A stretch of DNA of 24,000 nt from the sequence record MN013081.1; one strand, given 5' to 3'. The stretch's first letter is position 1, and each line of letters starts with the position of its first letter. The position numbers and the translations under genes are program-made. Of the stretch, positions 21,133 to 24,000 are shown one piece after another. The notes under the pieces are model-generated. The model did no database searches. It was given only the letters and a program-made list of their open reading frames with translations, and was not told where the DNA came from. Origin of the DNA: Klebsiella phage vB_KpnM_Potts1.

Positions 21133-23999
21133 GCAATTCTTTTCCAAATAGTTGTGCGGTGGACATTATTACGGTTAGCAGAGAATCCACATGCCATCCA
21201 AGTACCAGAAAGGCGTTTAGCGCCATAATCCCAATCTCCACCATCAGAGGTTGTCCAAAAAAGATTACTTCCTGCTATAGTTTGCCCTGGTGTAAATTCC
21301 TGGGATCCAGTCCAGTCATTGTGGGTAGCTGCCATGATATACATACCGACATCAAATGCGCCTCGACTAATACGCCAGGCCCAAATATTATCATTAGATA
21401 CCTTATTAGCTACGCCAGGAACCCAGTTATTAATATAACCTTCGCCACCTACACCGTATGAAGTGAATAGGCTAGATTGTAAGTTACCGTCAGAATGCAA
21501 CGTCCAACGCGCTCCAGGGCCAGTAATTTGTCCTGTAGCACCGTGGAACTGCCATTCACTAGAAGCGGCTCTTAATCCCATCATGGTATTATTGTTACCT
21601 GGCATGTAAATCACACCACGCTCGCCACCATTAGAATGTCGGAACCAAAGGTGCGTTGTACCATTATCTACGGCAGGGGCCTTAACATCTACAGCACCAA
21701 CAAAACTACCAATACCAGTATTACTAACAACATTACCGCCTACTTCTAAATTACCGTTAAGTGCCGAATTTCCAGTAGCCCAAAGTGATGTAGTTTTTAA
21801 CTGATCACCTGTAATTATTAATCTACCAGTTACAGTACCACCCGCTAATGGAAGATACGTGTCGCCAGCATTACTAATAGCAGAAGCAACCTTATCATCA
21901 ACATATTTCTTGTTAGTGGCTTGGTTATCCTGCGTAGGAACATCGGCAATTTGCACATACTTGGTAGTAGGAACAATAATACCACCATTGGCATTAATAG
22001 TGCCATTAATGGTTGCTGCGCTAGAAACAGTTAACTGTCTATTGATTTGGGCATTTCCATAAACAGTTTGGTTTCCGTCAGCATCTACCTTGAATATGTC
22101 GTTAAACGTGTCAGCAGGATTAATTTGGTTGTTGGTATTGGTTGATGCCATAACAGTAAACGAGTTAGATTTACTGATAGCCATTTTACCTGGCATACCG
22201 TTTTTCTTGACTAAACCTATATCAGAGTTTTTACCAAGAACGATCATTCTGTTATCTTCAGAGACGTTCAAGTTGCCTGTGATTTTCGAGTTCTGCGCCT
22301 CGAACTCACCGCCGACAACCATTTTACCATTCTGATCGATAACAGTAGCTTGGCTCGCACTGTCGCCGTTCGGTCTTAAATGAAGTGCTTGGCCGGCTTT
22401 TGCATAAACTACGAAAGCGCCTGTGGTGTTTGAACGGACACCAGGGCCTTGTGCCCACTCAAGCACCGTCTCATTATTGCCATATGCTTTGACTCTAACT
22501 TCTGAATTAGATGAATCACCGTAAGGACGGAAAGCGATATATTTAGCGGCTGCAGTGGCTGTAGTAGAAGCTGACATTATTAATGCGCCGATACTACCGC
22601 CTTGGGCTTCACGAATTATAGCACCGTTCTTAAATGTAACTATTGGATCATTATTTCCAACGCCGTTAACAATCAATCCACCAAAAGTGGCAGTTTGGCC
22701 TAAACCTATGTTAAAATTATTTCGGGCATCATTGGCATTATTAGCTCCGGTACCGCCAGATGAAATTGGTAAAATTCCATTACTATTTGAAGTGGTTACT
22801 ACTTCTTCCCATGCCGTCCAGTTAGCAGTAGTCGCAGCAGTAGTTCCTGTCCCAGCACCATATCTAAAGTAGGTTTTGTTGTTACGTCCAGATATAAATG
22901 TTTGTTTATTGCGGAAATCTACACCTGAGGCTGACCGCATCTTTTCAACAATAACAAGGAAATCACCTTTCAAATTAGTTAAAGCTGGCGGCATACCAGT
23001 TATATTAGTGCCAGGTCCTTGAGCTAAACACGAATATACTCTACGAGTTCCGACATCATTAGAGTCTAAGAAAAGATCATCGATAGATAAAGTTCTTCCA
23101 CCAATGTCTTCAGCAACTTCCGGGCCAAGATAACCACTGTCCATATTAACACGGACAGATCTAATACTCGAAGTATCAAATACTAAATTATTATCAGTTT
23201 GGTTATCTGCAGTTCCCCAGCGAAGAGACCCATCTTTAGCTAAACCAAGTTTACGCTGGAGAGTCGGGGAAGTGCCGGTTAATCTGAATGCAATGGATAT
23301 ATTAGCATCAGAATTTCTCTCAAGAATAAGAGGTGTGTGCTGGACACCTTTAATATAAAGAGATTGCGAATTAGTATTAGTGTCGGCCATATCGATGGTA
23401 AGACGGCCGGTCATGGTGTCGCCAGATTTGGAAACTTTACTATTAGCATTTCCGGTTAAATTGCTCAGGTAAGTGTTTAAGTTTCCACCAAATAAAGTAC
23501 CACCAACAATATTACCATCGGTTTGGAATGTTACTGCTTTAGAGTTGTCTGATGGGAATAATACTAAATCCCCGGTGTTTCTAATTTGCGCCAAATGACG
23601 CATATTACTGCTATTACCTTCATAGTTCCAAAAATCAAATCCACCAGGAACGGTCGCAGTATTCGAACGATGGTTAATAAAATCAGTACGACCCGACCCG
23701 TTTTCTTTGTTCCAAGATATGTATGCACCTTGAGAAGGTGGAACGTACGCTGCGCCACCGCCAGATAATTTTAAAACTCTGCCACTAATGGTATTAGCAG
23801 TAATATCACCACTGATTGTAACATCAGCACCAAAAGTGCCGCCTCGAGATTTAGATACAAAGTCGTTATCGTCAGCGTTCGGTTTATTTGCTGTACCGTA
23901 AAGTTCATTGTAGTTAACATTTCCGGCCGCAAGACCGCTATTATTAGCTGCGTATACACGAACTTTAGCACTAGCATAGTCGATATTAATAGCTGACAT
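21129..23999 (-). CDS. 37: Long tail fibre distal subunit-like protein, 956 aa (ORF track lists it as +, but it is on the - strand)
   Basis: Reverse complement of 23999-23997 is ATG and reads MSAINIDYASAKVRVYAANNSG; fibre-type repeats KVSKSGDTMTGRLTI, YLPLAGGTVTGRLIITGD, NANSKV; followed by a chaperone and holin t as in T4. Confidence 0.85.
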   Translation of the reverse strand: MSAINIDYASAKVRVYAANNSGLAAGNVNYNELYGTANKPNADDNDFVSKSRGGTFGADVTISGDITANTISGRVLKLSGGGAAYVPPSQGAYISWNKENGSGRTDFINHRSNTATVPGGFDFWNYEGNSSNMRHLAQIRNTGDLVLFPSDNSKAVTFQTDGNIVGGTLFGGNLNTYLSNLTGNANSKVSKSGDTMTGRLTIDMADTNTNSQSLYIKGVQHTPLILERNSDANISIAFRLTGTSPTLQRKLGLAKDGSLRWGTADNQTDNNLVFDTSSIRSVRVNMDSGYLGPEVAEDIGGRTLSIDDLFLDSNDVGTRRVYSCLAQGPGTNITGMPPALTNLKGDFLVIVEKMRSASGVDFRNKQTFISGRNNKTYFRYGAGTGTTAATTANWTAWEEVVTTSNSNGILPISSGGTGANNANDARNNFNIGLGQTATFGGLIVNGVGNNDPIVTFKNGAIIREAQGGSIGALIMSASTTATAAAKYIAFRPYGDSSNSEVRVKAYGNNETVLEWAQGPGVRSNTTGAFVVYAKAGQALHLRPNGDSASQATVIDQNGKMVVGGEFEAQNSKITGNLNVSEDNRMIVLGKNSDIGLVKKNGMPGKMAISKSNSFTVMASTNTNNQINPADTFNDIFKVDADGNQTVYGNAQINRQLTVSSAATINGTINANGGIIVPTTKYVQIADVPTQDNQATNKKYVDDKVASAISNAGDTYLPLAGGTVTGRLIITGDQLKTTSLWATGNSALNGNLEVGGNVVSNTGIGSFVGAVDVKAPAVDNGTTHLWFRHSNGGERGVIYMPGNNNTMMGLRAASSEWQFHGATGQITGPGARWTLHSDGNLQSSLFTSYGVGGEGYINNWVPGVANKVSNDNIWAWRISRGAFDVGMYIMAATHNDWTGSQEFTPGQTIAGSNLFWTTSDGGDWDYGAKRLSGTWMACGFSANRNNVHRTTIWKRIA

Positions 24000-24000
24000 G

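Noticed and set aside
21108-22872. + strand ORFs across the tail-fibre region
   Set aside because: Antisense to the 956-aa fibre CDS; Pro/Ile/Thr-rich shadow translations
1-24000. Searched by eye for tRNAs, CRISPR arrays, IS elements and retron/toxin-antitoxin-like modules
   Set aside because: No cloverleaf, regularly spaced repeats, transposase or reverse transcriptase motifs seen; a tRNAscan/HMM run would be needed to exclude them fully

Overview
This window looks like an early/middle region of a T4-related myophage (Tevenvirinae-like), running into the distal tail-fibre and holin genes. Gene order on the + strand matches the T4 counter-clockwise order: modA/modB-like ADP-ribosyltransferase, dda helicase, dexA exonuclease, an unsplit type II topoisomerase large subunit (39+60), rIIA, rIIB, denB-like, ndd, 52, motA, a possible arn, asiA. 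The - strand then carries holin t, a tail-fibre chaperone and a 956-aa tail fibre. Assignments rest on protein motifs and remembered T4 sequences; no database search was run. The most interesting signal is a set of about eight near-identical early promoters (TTTACR/T-N16/17-TATAGT or TACTAT). Most are built into inverted repeats around the -10 box, with arms that covary between copies. In two cases the distal arm contains the Shine-Dalgarno. Other points: an unsplit gene at the position of the T4 gene 60 bypass, a possible MotA box in a terminator T-tract, an FmdB-type zinc-ribbon gene absent from the ORF track, a SprT-like metallopeptidase before motA, several tiny membrane-protein ORFs around ndd/52, and a wrong strand in the ORF track for the tail-fibre ORF. 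I found no clear evidence of a wholly new defence or mobile system.
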